A stretch of DNA of 64,000 nucleotides from Heterodontus francisci (lineage: Eukaryota): contig NC_090401.1 in NCBI RefSeq assembly GCF_036365525.1, positions 24,181,839 to 24,245,838 on the forward strand. Reading direction: 5' to 3'. Each line of letters opens with the position of its first letter. Positions within the stretch are counted from its first letter, which is position 1. The notes under the pieces were generated by a model. It was not told where the DNA came from, did not search any database, and worked only from the letters and a program-made list of their open reading frames with translations. Shown one piece after another: positions 23,408 to 36,994 of this stretch. Both the position numbers and the translations under genes were made by a program.

Positions 23408-25374
23408 ATGTTCCCGTGAGGAAGAAGGATAAGTTTGGCAAGTTTCGGGAACCTTGGATAACAAGGGATATTGTGAGCCTAGTCAAAAAGAAAAAGGAAG
23501 CATTCGTAAGGGCTAGAAGGCTGGGAACAGAAGAAGCCCTTGAGGAATATAAAGAAAGTAGGAAGGAACTTAAGCAAGGAGTCAGGAGGGCTAAAAGGGG
23601 TCATGAAATGTCATTGGCAAACAGGATTAAGGAGAATCCCAAGGCTTTTTATACGTATATAAAGAACAAGAGGGCAGCCAGGGAAAGAGTTGGCCCACTC
23701 GAGGACAGAGGAGTGAATCTATGCGTGGAGCCAGAGGAAATGGGCGGGGTACTAAATATGTACTTTGCATCAGTATTCACCAAAGAGAAGGACTTGGGAA
23801 AGCATTAAGGTAGATAAGGCCCTAGGGCCTGATGGGATCTACCCCAGAATACTGAGGGAGGCAAGGGAGGAAATTGCCGGGGCCTTGACAGAAATCTTTG
23901 TATCTTCATTGACTACAGGTGTGGTCCCAGAGAACTGGAGAATAGCCAATGTTGTTCCTTTGTTTAAGAAGGGTAGCAAGGATAATCCAGGAAATTATAG
24001 GCCGGTGAGCCTTACATCTGTGGTAGGGAAATTATTGGAGAGGATTCTTTGGGACAGGATTTACTCCCATTTGGAAACAAATGAACTTATTAGCGAGAGG
24101 CAGCATGGTTTTGTGAGGGGGAGGTCATGTCTCACTAACTTGATTGAGTTTTTTGAGGAAGTGATGAAGATGATTGATGAAGGAAGGGCAGTGGATGTTG
24201 TCTACATGGACTTCAGTAAAGCCTTTGACAAGGTCCCTCATAGCAGACTGGTACAAAAGGTGAAGTCACACAGGATCAGAGATGAGCTGGCAAGATGGAT
24301 ACAGAACTGGCTCGGTCATAGAAGACAGAGGGTAGCAGTGGAAGGGTGTTTTTCTGAATGGAGGGCTGTGACTAGTGGTGTTCCACAGGGATCAGTGCTG
24401 GGACCTTTGCTGTTTGTAGTATATATAAATGATTTGGAGGAAACTGTAGCTGGTCTGATTAGTCAGTTTGCGGACGACACAAAGGTTGGTGGAGTTGCGG
24501 ACAGTGATGAGGATTGTCAGAGGATACAGCAGGATACAGATCGGTTGGAGACTTGGGTAGAGAAATGGCAGATGGAGTTTAATCCAGACAAATGTGAGGT
24601 AATGCATTTTGGAAGGTCTAATACAGGTGGGACGTATACAGTAAATGGCAGAACCCTTCGGAGTATTGACAGGCAGAGAGATCTGGGCGTACAGGTCCAC
24701 AGATCACTGAAAGTGGCAACGCAGGTGAATAAGGTAGTCAAGAAGGCATACGGCATGCTTGCCTTCATCGGTCGGGGCATAGAGTATAAAAAATTGGCAA
24801 GTCATGCTGCAGCTGTACAGAACTTTAGTTTGGCCACACAGAATATTGCGTGCAATTCTGGTCGCCACACTATCAGAAGGATGTGGAGGCTTTGGAGAGG
24901 CTACAGAAGAGGTTTACCAGGATGTTTCCTGGTCTGGAGGGCATTAGCTATGAGGAGAGGTTGGAAAAACTCGGATTGTTTTCACTGGAACGACGGAGGT
25001 GGAGGGGCGACATGATAGAGGTTTACAAAGTTATGAGTGGCATGGACAGAGTGGATAGTCAGAAGCTTTTTCCCAGGGTGGAATTGTCAGTTACTAGGGG
25101 ACATAGGTTTAAGGTGAGAGGGGCAAAGTTTAGAGGGGATGTGCGAGGCAGGTTTTTTACACAGAGGGTGGTGAGTGCCTGGAACTTGCTTCCGGGGGAG
25201 GTGGTGGAAGCAGGTACGATAGTGACGTTTAAGAGGCATCTTGACAAATACATGAATAGGATGGGAATAGAGGGATATGGACCCCGGAAGTGCAGAAGGT
25301 TTTAGTTTAGACAGGCATCAAGCTTGGAGGGCTGAATGGCCTGTTCCTGTGCTGTACTGTTCTTTGTTCTTTGT
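23408..25374 (+). mobile_element. CR1-clade LINE, 5'-truncated, frameshifted ORF2
   Basis: ORFs 23416-23808, 23765-25015 ([42 protein letters not shown]) and 24850-25305; tail TGTTCTTTGTTCTTT. Confidence 0.95.
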
Positions 25375-26102
25375 ATTTGGATTTCATATTGACATGCGCA
25401 AATAGCGGATAAGATAAAAACCTAAACCATGCAGTTGTGATGCCTTATGTTTCATGATACACATAAATCTCATTCCTAAATGTGGAGCCATTTAATCTCC
25501 TGGAGAAGTAAAAGAAATAGATAAGATTCTAGTTGAATGAAGGTGGCAGGGGTCGGGGGGTGGAGAGGTGCGGATGGTGGGGTGGTGGTGAGGTCGGGGA
25601 GGTTGTGGTGCTACTGGAAAACTCCTCTTTAATAATTGAAATTATTTCAGGAGGTTGCATTGGCCCTCCAATTAAAGAAAGAGAGGTCCCGGTTTCCAAG
25701 ATTACTGTTTACTATTGGCACTTCCTCTGTTTCTTAAATTCCTTCCAGCCTGTTATTGTAGCTTAATTTCAAGCTTGTGTATACTTCTTGTTTCAGTCCA
25801 CTGTGGGCTTACCTCAGTGCCAAGCCTCAGGGTGCTGTGTGCTTTTTGCCTCTGACATGATATCCCTGGGCCTAGTCACAGCCTTAGCATATGCGCTCAA
25901 TTGTTCAATAATACCTACAGGGCACTTTAACAAACATGTCTGGGCTTTCACTCTGGCTTATGGGTCATTATCTAATCTATCCTCTCATTTAACTTTTGCT
26001 ATTTTTTCTGATCTTGAAGTATAATAGTGGCCTTACTCCAGTTGCTTTAATTTGGCTTGACTTCCTACCCTTAACCTTATTGCCCTAGCCATTAAACACT
26101 AG

Positions 26103-26916
26103 GGGCTGGATTTTACCAGACCCTCAATGGGTCCTGGCGGGAAGGCCCATAAAATGCTAGTGGGAGCAGCTTGCCATGACCCACGACGGCAAGAAGGCAC
26201 CACTGGATATTAGCAGCGGCATCGAAGCCTTGGTGCAGCCCCGTGGGGCCTTCATTAAAATATCCAAATGAGGGTAATAAGCATGCAAATGAACTTGCTG
26301 CTGCCGGATGTCTCACGCCGATTTTACGTCCGTCAGCCGCAACTCGCGTGCCTTTGGAACTCCGCATGGCATTCCGAGGCGAGACATTGGTGGGGAGGTC
26401 GGAGGAATCATATTATCAGGGCAGGAGGGGAGGAAGCAGGAAAAAGCTTTTTCATTGGGTGTGGGGATGGAGGGAAGGGGTTTAGGGTCAAAGGAAATAA
26501 AGTTCAGGGGCCAAAGGTCATTACTGATAACTAATTTTTTTGGGGGGTTAGGCCAAAAGCCTATCTACTTGTCCAATGGGGTGGGGGGGGGTGCGGTGTG
26601 GTGGCAGGTGGGAGAGGGGATTACAGGTGTGGACAAATCTTTATTTAAATTTTCATAGAACCGGCACCTTTAGAAAGTAAAATTTCTCCTGAATGGCTGG
26701 AAGCCCTGTAAAAATGGCACCGGCGCATGTATGGTGCACCGGACGCCATTGCCGTTGACGCGCCGGCCGCCCTGTCTACGTCATTGGGGGCAGCCGCTCT
26801 GTCCCTTCTATTTCAATGAGCCCCTGCGTAGGGGACTCTGCAGGGGCTCTGCAGCAGCACTTCCGTGTCAGAAGGCTGCCAACTTCACTAGGTGGCGCGT
26901 TGATAAAATTCAGCCC
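26103..26916. mobile_element. Harbinger-type MITE
   Basis: TIR GGGCTGGATTTTA / TAAAATTCAGCCC, perfect TSD TAG, GC/CpG-rich, non-coding. Confidence 0.85.
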
Positions 26917-27197
26917 TAGGTATAATTCCCCCCTTCCACTTCCTCTTTCCTGAAAACTTCTCTTGGTGAGAATAAGGTCTAAATGCCCAGTCAAGACTGT
27001 GCAGCTACTTCTCCTCCAGTGTAAGTGAGGTTCTGGTGATAGTCTGTACACTAGGCTGGGTCAAGGTGGGAGAAAAGGATACTGAATAACACTTAACAGC
27101 TGCTTTTAAACAGCCTTGACCATCAAACTGCTGTTTTTCGTGGTGTTTTCTGCAAGTTGGGGGGAGAAATGTAGAGGATTCACTGTTCAATAACTAT

Positions 27198-27824
27198 GGT
27201 CAGAATTTTATGCCACCCCAGCGAGCCGGATGGTGGCAGGTGCGTGGGTGGGTGGTGTAAAATGGAGTGGGAAGCTCTGGGAGGCCTTCTCGACCCACAC
27301 CTGCCTCCAGCCCACTTTAGATATGGCGGTGGGGGGCGAGAAATGGGCCGCCCACTCCAGGCCAATCAAGGCCCTTATGTTGCCAATTAACGGCCACTGA
27401 AGGGCCTTCGCCCGCCTCCATGGGTGTTTTACCCATGGCAAGCGGGCGTCCTGGAGCCGGGAAAGGCTGCACAGTGAAAGCTACCAGCTTCTCAGCACCC
27501 CGGGGGTGGACCCTGACAAACAGGCACAGGGTGCCCGATTGAGGGCTGCCCCTGCTTCCCCAACCAAACTCAGGACACAAGACACCACCCGTCCTCTACC
27601 AAACGGCCACCTTTGCCTCACCAGGGCCCGACCAATTACACCCAGCGAGGCAAAACAAAAAGTTACCAGCATGGCTCCATGTCCTTGGGTGGGCTGCAGT
27701 CCCAGCAGTGGCCACCACTCCCGAGTAAAATGCGGGACGGATCCCCAGGCTTGGTGGAAGCGGGTTCCCCACCGACTTTTACGTCGGTGGCCAGCTCCTG
27801 TCCACCTAACGTAAAATCCAGCCC
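27198..27824. mobile_element. Harbinger-type MITE
   Basis: TIR GGTCAGAATTTTA / TAAAATCCAGCCC, TSD TAT. Confidence 0.85.
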
Positions 27825-29365
27825 TATGGGACAGAGATCTCTACACCTCTCAACCGATTTCTGGAATATTTGTTTAAGAATTTGTGGGGAAAACATTTGC
27901 ACTGGCATACCTTTTCTGGGAGAACAATGTATTAGTGTATTTTCAGCATCCTGGATCTGTCCATTCAGTTCCAGTAAATAACAGGAGTGGAAGTAAAGAA
28001 AAGGCAAGCAGAGCCAAAAGAACACAAATAAGTTTCCCTTTTAAATCTAATTTATATACATATATGTGGATGTGTCTGTATATATATTATATGATGCTTT
28101 TGGAAGTTCGGAAATACAACTACAAACACCCTGCCATTCATTCCTATTGCACAGGATTGTATTTAAGTCAAAGTGCTGATCCTAACACAAATTCCTCTCC
28201 AATTTTCTTTTTTGAAATGCTCGGACCATTAAATCTGTTGCCAAGCTTCACTTGAAGACAGCAGCTGGTTTTCAAAGCCTGCTGACTTCCATGTAAAATA
28301 TCTTCGTTTGTTCAAAATTTTGTTTAAGAATGACTTGCTGAACAAATGATTCAATAGATCATGAGACAAAGACTTGAAAATTATGAACTCATTCGTCTTT
28401 TATATAAAATTCCACATACAAAGTATTTCCTTAGTTTCAATTGGTAAAACTAAAAATTAAGCTATTTTTATTCAGTGAAGCATCACAAATGATAAATTAT
28501 GGTAATATCTATTTAATACCATAATGTAACAGTTTTATACAGAGCATACACTTTCTCTGCTTACAGGAAAGTCACATCTCATTACTTGGTGTTATGCTTC
28601 AGTACTTCAGTATCATGGCTGTTTTGGGGTTTAATCTGCTAACGTTTATGGTTGACATACTTTTTATTTACCTTTTATAGTTCTCTCAACACTTGATATT
28701 TAATTTAATCTTGTGGCACTTCCACAAATTGTCACCCCCTTGACGTTGTTTTTCTTCCTTGGCACAGTGAGCTCCCATTCTTTCCCTTGCCTGGCCATAT
28801 CCTGCATCTGCCACCTAAACATTTTATCTCCAATTGCCATCCATGGCTCAAAAGTAATGTGGCCTCCCATTGACTGTCATGCTCTTCACCTCAAAATGCT
28901 TCATTTCACACTATCTGAGAATATGGTCTCTGATCCTAATCCCTTCCCGAATCATCTGGCAATATAAAAATGCAACCTCTGATTCTAAACACTGGCCCCA
29001 TCTCCCAACCACTACATGCAGCGCAAAACAAACTCGCCTCCCAAGCCAAAAGAACAGAAACCGCAAATGAAGCTAAAGAAGCAAATGAGACAGAGAATGG
29101 GGAAACCCATTGACTCCAGTTGGATTCCAGCCTAACTGCAACAGAATTAAGTCACAACGATTTTTGCCTGTCCTTTCCAGCCTGTGGATGACACTGGTAT
29201 GTTTGGGATCAAGGATTCTCGAGGGGTGTTGCAGCAGGGAACATGGAGAATGTCAGGGCAGGGGAGGCCCAAACTTTCCTTGTGGGGCCTGGGGGAGCAT
29301 AAAAAATGTTAATTAAAAAAAAACGTTAATGTCTTCTTTTGCTCCTAGTCTTTTTCTAACTTAAT

Positions 29366-29913
29366 GGGCTGGATTTTACCTTAAGCGGATGGGAATTTAC
29401 AACGACGTAAAAGTCAGTGGCGAACCCGCTTCCGCCTAGCCCGGTGATCCATCCTGCATTTTATGGATCCCTGGGCTTTAACTGTCTCGAGTTGGGACTT
29501 CCAACCACTTGAGGGAGGAGGTCCTGCCTCAGTGAGTGCTGGCAAATCAGCGGGCCGGCAGCTCTTAGTCCCAGCCCAGCCAATGCCATGGAGCCAGGAG
29601 TGAAGGTAAGTTGGGCATGCCTCACCAGGGGGATTGGTCATTCCCTAGTGTGCCCGACTGCCATGGCACCCCCACACCTGGCTCGCGGAAAGGCCAGCAG
29701 CTATCACTGGGCAGCCTTTCACGTCTCCAGCATGCCTGCTTGCCACGGCTAAAATACCTATGGAGGCAGGCGAGGGTCCTTAAGTGGCCGCTAAGCGCCA
29801 TAAAGTTGACTGGAGGCGAATTCGGGGTGAGTAGGCCTCTCAGAGCCTCCAGCTCAATTTACACTGCCCCCACGCCACCATCTGACCTGCTGGGGTGGCG
29901 TAAAATTCAGCCC
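29366..29913. mobile_element. Harbinger-type MITE related to 27198-27824, in opposite orientation
   Basis: TIR GGGCTGGATTTTA / TAAAATTCAGCCC, TSD AAT; CGACGTAAAAGTC..GAACCCGCTTCC..GATCC..GCATTTTA is the reverse complement of 27725-27790. Confidence 0.85.
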
Positions 29914-30254
29914 AATATCCCAGTGGAAAAGCCACTGCGGCTCCTGCACTCAGGCCAGAGTTAAAGTTAAAACAGAGATTTGGGCCTGATAACGTCTTTG
30001 GACCCTGGTCTGCATACTGAAAGAAGAACCCTGCTGATGATGCCTTTGCCACCTGCTCAGAAAAGTAGGTTAAAATCACAGACTTCAGCATCTAGGTGGG
30101 TCATCGGGTAAGTTAACTGATTAATTTTAACTGACTGCCAGTTCAGTTTCTGCCCAGAGAGAGAGAGAGAGCAGCAAAAGATGATTAAGGCAGAAGCAGA
30201 AATGAACACAAAGTGTGGTAGTAATCTATAAGAGAAAGATAGAATTTGTGTATC

Positions 30255-30486
30255 GATCTCCAGACATCCCAAAACACATTAAAGCCATTGAATAAATTTT
30301 GAAGTGTATGGAATGTTTCCAATGTAGGGAAACATAGCAACTAATTTGTCCCACACAAGATCCTACTGACAGCAATGAAAGCCAGATAATTTGTTTTAAT
30401 GATCTTGTTTGAAGAATAAATATTGGCCAGCATACTGGGAGGACTTTCCTGCTCTTCTTCAAATAGTGTTGTGGGATCTTTTAATA
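30255..30486 (-). mobile_element. DeuSINE fragment that continues at 32097-32140 after the CR1
   Basis: CATCCCAAA..CACAAGATCC..AAATATTGGCCAG..CCTGCTCTTCTTCAAATAG..GGGATCTTTT | TATCCACC. Confidence 0.6.
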
Positions 30487-32096
30487 AGATGCCACATCAA
30501 ATGTTACTACACAAGATAAGAGCACATGGTGTAAAGGGTAACATGTTAGCACAGATAAAGGATTATTAGCTAACAGGAAGCAGAGAGTAGGGATAAATGG
30601 GTCTTTTTCAGGTTGGCAGGATGTAACTAGTGGAGTGCCAGAGGGATCAGTGATGGGGCCTCAACTATTTACAATCTATATCAATGACTTGGATGAACGG
30701 ACCGAATATATGGTAGCTAAATTTGCCAATGACACCAAGATAGGAACAGAAGTAAGTTGTCAAGAGGAGGCAAAGAGTCTACAAAGGGATATAGATAGGT
30801 AAAGTGAGTGGGCAAAAATTTGGCAGATGGAGTATAATGTGGGAAAATGTGAACTTGTCCTCTTTGGCCAGAAGAAAAGCTGTAGACTATTTACATGGAG
30901 AGAGAATGCAGGTGGTATAGAGGGATCAGGGTGCCCTGATACATGAATCACAAAAAGTTAGTATGCAGTTACAGCAAGTGATTAGGAAGGCAAATGGAAC
31001 GTTGGCATTCAAGTATAAAAGTAGGGAAGTTTTACTGCAGCTGTACTCTTCATCCGAGGCAGAGCCTCAGGAAGGAGGATGACTTTCTTCCACTCCAAGG
31101 CTTTGGGTCCTTAGGTGACTGAATAGTCCAATTCTGAATCCACACACAATGCCAAAGGTGGGGCAGGTGTTGTTTGGTAAGGCGAGTGAATGGATGCTCG
31201 AATTTCTGAACGCTCCTTCCACTGTTTGTACTTGGTCACTGCCTGGGCATCTCGATGTTGTTGGAACTGGCTGGGACCTTCATGGATGATTCTTCTCCAT
31301 TTTGAGCGGTCTCGGGCAAGAGATTCCCACGAATTGGTGGAGATGTCACATTTTTTCAGGGAGGCTTTAAGGACATCCTTGTAGCGTTTCCTCTACCCTC
31401 CTGGTAGCCTGTTGCTCGGTGTAGAAAGCTTGAATTGGGAGACTTGTGTCAGGCATGCGGACGATGTGGCCCGCTCAATGTATCTAACTAGTCATGACTA
31501 GCTGCAGCTGTTCAGGGCCTTGGTGAGACCACATCTGGAGTACAGTGTACAGTTTTGCTCTCCTTATTTGAAAAAGGATATAATTGCATTAGAAATAGTT
31601 CAGAGAAGGCTCACTCGAATAATTCTGGGGATGAAGGTCTTATCTTATGAAGAAAGGTTGAACAGATTGGGCATATACCCATTGGAGTTTAGAAGAATGA
31701 GAGGTGATCTTATTGAAATATATAAGATCCTGAGGGGACTTGATAGAGTGGATACCGGGAGGATGTTTCCCCTCATGGGGGAGACTAGAACTAGGGGACA
31801 CAGTTTAAGAATAAAAGGTCTCCCTTTTAAGACAGAGATGAGGAGAATTTTTTTCTCTAAGGGTTGCTTGTGTGTGAAATTCTCTTCCCCAGAAAGCAGT
31901 GGAGGCTAGGTCAATGAATTTATTTAAGGCTAAGTTAGATAAATTTTTGATAGACAAGGGAGTCAAGGATTATGGGAGGCAGGCAGGAAAGTGGCATTGA
32001 GACAACAACCAGATCAGTCATGATCTTATTCAATGGCAGAGCAGGCTTGAAGGGCCAAATGGCCTACTCCTGCTCCTAAGTCCTATGTTCCTATGT
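30487..32096 (+). mobile_element. CR1 3' half, decayed, interrupted by an RTE fragment
   Basis: GVPEGSVMGPQLF..KFANDTK, RPHLEYSVQF..RRMRGDLIE; tail CCTATGTTCCTATGT; flanking TTAATA duplication. Confidence 0.9.
31045..31501 (-). mobile_element. Older RTE-clade LINE 3' fragment (a different family from 13155)
   Basis: Minus strand AGHIVRMPDTSLP..RKRYKDVLKASLKKCDISTNSWESLARDRSKWR; TSD CTGCAGCTGT (31035-44 / 31502-11). Confidence 0.82.
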
Positions 32097-33163
32097 TTAA
32101 TATCCACCTAAGAAAGCCTTGGTTTAATATCTTGTCCGAAGGGAGAGAGTTTGGCATGACAAGCAGCAGCATGAAAATAGATAAGGCAGAGACTGTATAG
32201 GGTCAATTTTAACCTGCTTTGATGAGCACAAACCAATCAGCAAGATTTACTGCCCTGTTTGCACATGTCTGATGTCTGTAGCCAATTTGTCTTCAGTTAG
32301 GACCCAGGCAGTCCAAGCGCCTGCCTACATCACGTAAAGTTCTGTAGATTTGGGGATTGCAGGATTCTAGCAGTACAGGATGGGGGTGGGGGAGAGGGTG
32401 GGGAGGTGGGGATGGGGGTGTTGGTGGGAGGGTGTGGCTAGTGGGATTTAACCAGCTTGTGAGGGAGAATGGGAACCACACTGCCACTCGCCCTTCTTAA
32501 AAATCAGTAGGCTGCCTCTCCCGATGTATTCCAGAATGTCAGATACCATCAGGTCACCCATCAGGCTGCTTTTGTCATGTTTGTGGCTCAGTGCATTTAA
32601 GCATAAATGTTCTGCTTGTTAACATAATGGACAAAAAAATAATTTGACTGACGATGCACGATTTTATGAAACTCTCTTGAACATGCAGGAGGAGTGAACT
32701 TTAATGAGTTTGCTTATACAGATTTTAATACATTTCCAAAATTAATCAAAAATTACCCATAAAATGCTTAAACTTCATTGTTTCTTCAGTTTCCAAGATT
32801 TTGTTGGGTCTCAAAAATGGGGCACGATGTTTTCAATTGTCGCTGCTTTCTTTTCTAGCCATCAATAAGGAATCTATAGCAGTATCTATTAATGTTCCCA
32901 CTATTGTCTTTCCCACAATAACAACTATTACTATGTTACTATTCCCCTATGCTGCCTCTATTTCTCTGAGAATATTTCATGCCTGACAGGCACAATTGTA
33001 AAATATTTATATCAATTCATTACTTATCTGAAATACAAGATTTGAGAGTTCAGCATTGAGTTTCTTTCAGTCTTTTCTGTTTGAAGCAGAAGTAAGGAAA
33101 ATCAAAGCTTGGCAGCATAAGAGTCCCTCTCCTACCTTTCCTGTCTTATTGATGCACAGATTG

Positions 33164-33412
33164 TGTTCTATGATTGCCTTTAAGAGTGATATCCCTTTAA
33201 GATCTTAGTATACTAATGAGCTAAGTACCAGGGCATTGTCATGTGACTCAAAGCCAGTGTCACTCTGCAACTGTAACACCCAGAGTAAGGTTCTGTAAAT
33301 AGTTTGTTCTGTATATAATAGTTAGCTGTAATAAACCTGTTTGAGATCTTCAACCAACTAGACTCCATGCATCTTATTCATGTTGCATCAGATAACAAAG
33401 AAAGCAAACTGC
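33164..33412 (+). mobile_element. Short solo-LTR-like repeat (family B)
   Basis: TGTT start, GTCATGTGAC (33238), AATAAA (33330); aligns with three other copies; right end approximate. Confidence 0.65.
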
Positions 33413-36234
33413 TATGCTCCGAATGCATAAGAAAGTGTTATTCCACCAGTGTTCTTGTTCATCTGCAAGTTTATTTGTCGAGGGCACTTTATTATTCAGG
33501 TTTTATTTTTTGGAAGGAGTGTTGACAAGATTGTTGTGTAATTTGGCTGAAGCACATCAGCTGGATCTGGAATATACACAACATACTTCTGTGTAATCCA
33601 TTTTTATCTCATTTACATGGCCCAAAAAGTAGAATAGGAATGATGATGAGACATTAAATCTTCCTTTTATTTTTTTCACTAATGGAGATGATTACCATTA
33701 TAAAGAGGTTGTTACTTCTGTTTCTGAACACATATATTCCTTTGGGGACTGTTTAAAAGACAAATACATTTTCTCTCTATATCTCTCTAACCATAATCGA
33801 ACACTTCGCATTATGAACTTTATAAATAGGGGACTACAATCAACTACAATATCTAGCAATCTGGAATAGCTACTTTAGGTTTTGTGATGTACAAGGTATT
33901 CTTGGATAAGGATAATTTACAGACAACTGAAATGGCAATTTCCTGACTTCGTAATTGCTTTGGCTGCAAGAACAACTGTTGATTCAAGTAAACACAATAA
34001 ATGACACTTTGCTTCATGAGCTGCAGTATGTCAAAAAATCCTTTATCAAAAGCTCTGGACCACCTTTATATAATGCATCCAGTAAAGATACCTCTCACTG
34101 AATTTCTGTAGTGAAATCTCTATTTTTTCAATGCCTTTTTCTGCATCTAAAGAAACCACTGAACCATTATTCTTTTGATATTCAAACATATTGAAATATC
34201 TTTTGTTGCTGGAATATCAATTTGTAAGTCCATTCTGGTCAAGATGGACTATTTTCAACTATAGTTCCAAAAGCCTTGCCTTTTTTTTAAAAAAAAAAGC
34301 TTCTATCTAATCATCTTAATCTACACAAAAGGAAACAAAAAGAGTGGGGAGAGTATTTTATCCTTGGTGGCAACTGAAAGGTAAAGATCACTTGAAAGGT
34401 CACCACCTCAGTACTATATATGTTGGTCACAAAACTAAACAATTTACCTGCATTGAAAAATATACATTTTACTCAGTTATTCCAATTTATACCACAACAA
34501 TTATTTTCTGGCTCTGCCATTTTAAATTATGAAGTAAAAATGTTTTATCATTTGGCTGCAGTTGAGTTCAGAAGCTCAACTACTCTGAGTATTGAGTCAC
34601 ATATAGCCATTTCATCTCTACGCAGTTGGCTTACAACCATCAACAGAGGCTTGAAGTCCAAGCAAATAATCCATTATGTGGAGCAATTTTGATTCAGGCA
34701 GACATCAGGAGGGGGTGGGGGGGGGGGAGGTGGTGTTGGGGGTGTGATCATATTCTCTGCCCAATGCTGCTGATGGAAGAAGCAGTCAGTTTTGGGGATG
34801 GAGCCTCATTATAGTAAAATCAGCAAGCCAAGAGAGTTACATGAGTGCTGACAGATGGTGGGATAGTTCTGATTGGCCTCTAGCAGGTCTCTTTTAAGGA
34901 TTGTTTATTTGGTGATTCTATGTTTGGTTCCCCAGTGGAATGTGTGCACTGGAGGATGAAAATTGAATTGGGGTCCAAATAGGTTCAAAGATCCCAATTT
35001 CAATATATGAATGATGCTGTTGGGGGCAGAGGCACTGACCAACTAATCGAGTGTTGGTTGTAAAAGGCATCAAGTAGCAAGTTGGCGGTAATTTTTTTTT
35101 TAGTTTTCATCTTGCTAACAGTTACACTGAAAAATGGGGCAGTATTTAGATGCAAATTGTGTCACAGTGCAATAAAATATTTCCACCTCAACATTGGTTG
35201 CATTTACAATGGCTGGTATTTTGCGGTCAGTGATGACAGAATGGTGCTTGCTGTTCACCTCACTGACTATTTCCCACAGAAATTTCTCAGACTTCTTCGT
35301 GTAGATTTGCACTAATCTGATGTCTGATTAAGTGCGTTGCCCTCAACAGGAGATCAGTAGCCTCTATGAGCAGGGCAAGAAACAGCGAAGCCCTTCAAAC
35401 AACTAGATTAAGAATCATCATTGAAACATACTGAATCTAAACAAAAACATATAAATTAGATTTAAATCATGTACAGAAAGCAAAATAAAGATTAGGAAAT
35501 ATAATGAGATTAAGAAAGAGAAATAAAATTTGCAGATAAGAAAAGTAATAAAAACTATTTTAATTTGTATTTTTTTAAAATCTCCAACACTAATTAACCT
35601 GTGAAGGAATGAAACTCCGCACTTGTAAAGTTTTCAGGGACTGAGTGGTTGTTTTTGCAGTATTTATCGCTCATTATGACATTAAAAATTAACATACTCC
35701 TAAATGCAATAGCCCTAACTTTTTTCTGGCATCTTTAGTGGGGAACTAGTGGGCAAGTAACCCAAATTCACGCCATTTCAATGTTCAGTCTATCGCCGGG
35801 ATACTTTTAATAGCACACCGTGGGTTTCTGGATTTCTCAATTTCCGTGTTTAACTGTGTTTAATTCCATGTTTAACATCTGCGTAAGCCAGATGTTGCTG
35901 TCACATTTTCTTCATTATAACAGTGAGCACTGTCAGCCTCACAGTTATTATTATTGCAACTTCTAGACCAATATTAAGTGAGCGCAACTCCAAATGCATG
36001 GCTTCACCCAGCCAAGTTTATTTTGAGGCAGAATGTCATAATAACCCAAAGTATGCTCTTAGAAAGGGCTAACTTGTGAGAGCACCAAGTTCTTCAGATA
36101 AGTGCCTTTTAACTATGCTTTGAAATTTTACTGCATTGTATCATATATAGCTCCAGATAATAGTGCCATCAAATTTCAAACAAATATGGGGCATGATTAT
36201 ATATAGAAGCATGTGTTTTAAAATGAAAAAAAAA

Positions 36235-36714
36235 ACTTGCAGTTATATAGTGCCTTTCATGACCTCAGGATGTCTACGTGCTTCACAGCTAATTAAGTAC
36301 TTCTGAACTAAACTCACTATTTTAACATAGGTAAACACGGCACTGAATTTGTGCACAGCAAAATCACAAACACCAATGCGATCAATGATCAGATACTCTT
36401 TTTTGGTGACATTGATTGAGGGGTAAATGTTCAGCAGGACACAACGACACATCTTGGGTGGATGTAAAAGATCCCAAGGAACTATTTGAAAAACAGGGAA
36501 GATCTGATCAATATTGATCGCTCACTCACTTCACAAAAACAGATTAACAGGTCATTGTTTCATTGCTGTTTTTGGGACCTTGCTGCATGCAAATGGGTTG
36601 CTGCATTTTCTGCATTACTAATATGACTACATTTCAAAAGTACTTCATTGGCTGTGAAGCATTTTGTAATCTCTTGAAGCCATGTAAGGCACAATATAAA
36701 TACAAGTTCTTCTT
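36235..36714. mobile_element. Two DeuSINE 3' halves head-to-head (36235-36445 minus, 36445-36714 plus)
   Basis: Both carry the ACAGAT..GGTCATT..TTGCT..CAAAAGTACTT.ATT.GCTGTGAAGCA..ATATAA tail, in opposite orientations. Confidence 0.65.
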
Positions 36715-36994
36715 TCATTTCATTCTTTTCAAATCTACAATGATCTTACTTCTGGATGCGTTGAATGGTGAAGTATATTTTGAAGATACTAAGATTTTTT
36801 ACAATACTAAGCTAAGGAACAATTATGTTCAATAATAAATGCCTAAACGTATGCATATACACCTTTCCTTCTGATGAAGACTGGCCTTCAAGAGATTAAA
36901 TGGGTTATTTCTGAGGTTTGCCAGGTGTTGATAATCAAATGAGGACCATTCATCCTATTTCTATTATCTATGATATCATGACAGAGCATATATC

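Noticed and set aside
34280-34300. T-run/A-run palindrome as a terminator-like hairpin
   Set aside because: Simple homopolymer juxtaposition, expected by chance in AT-rich DNA
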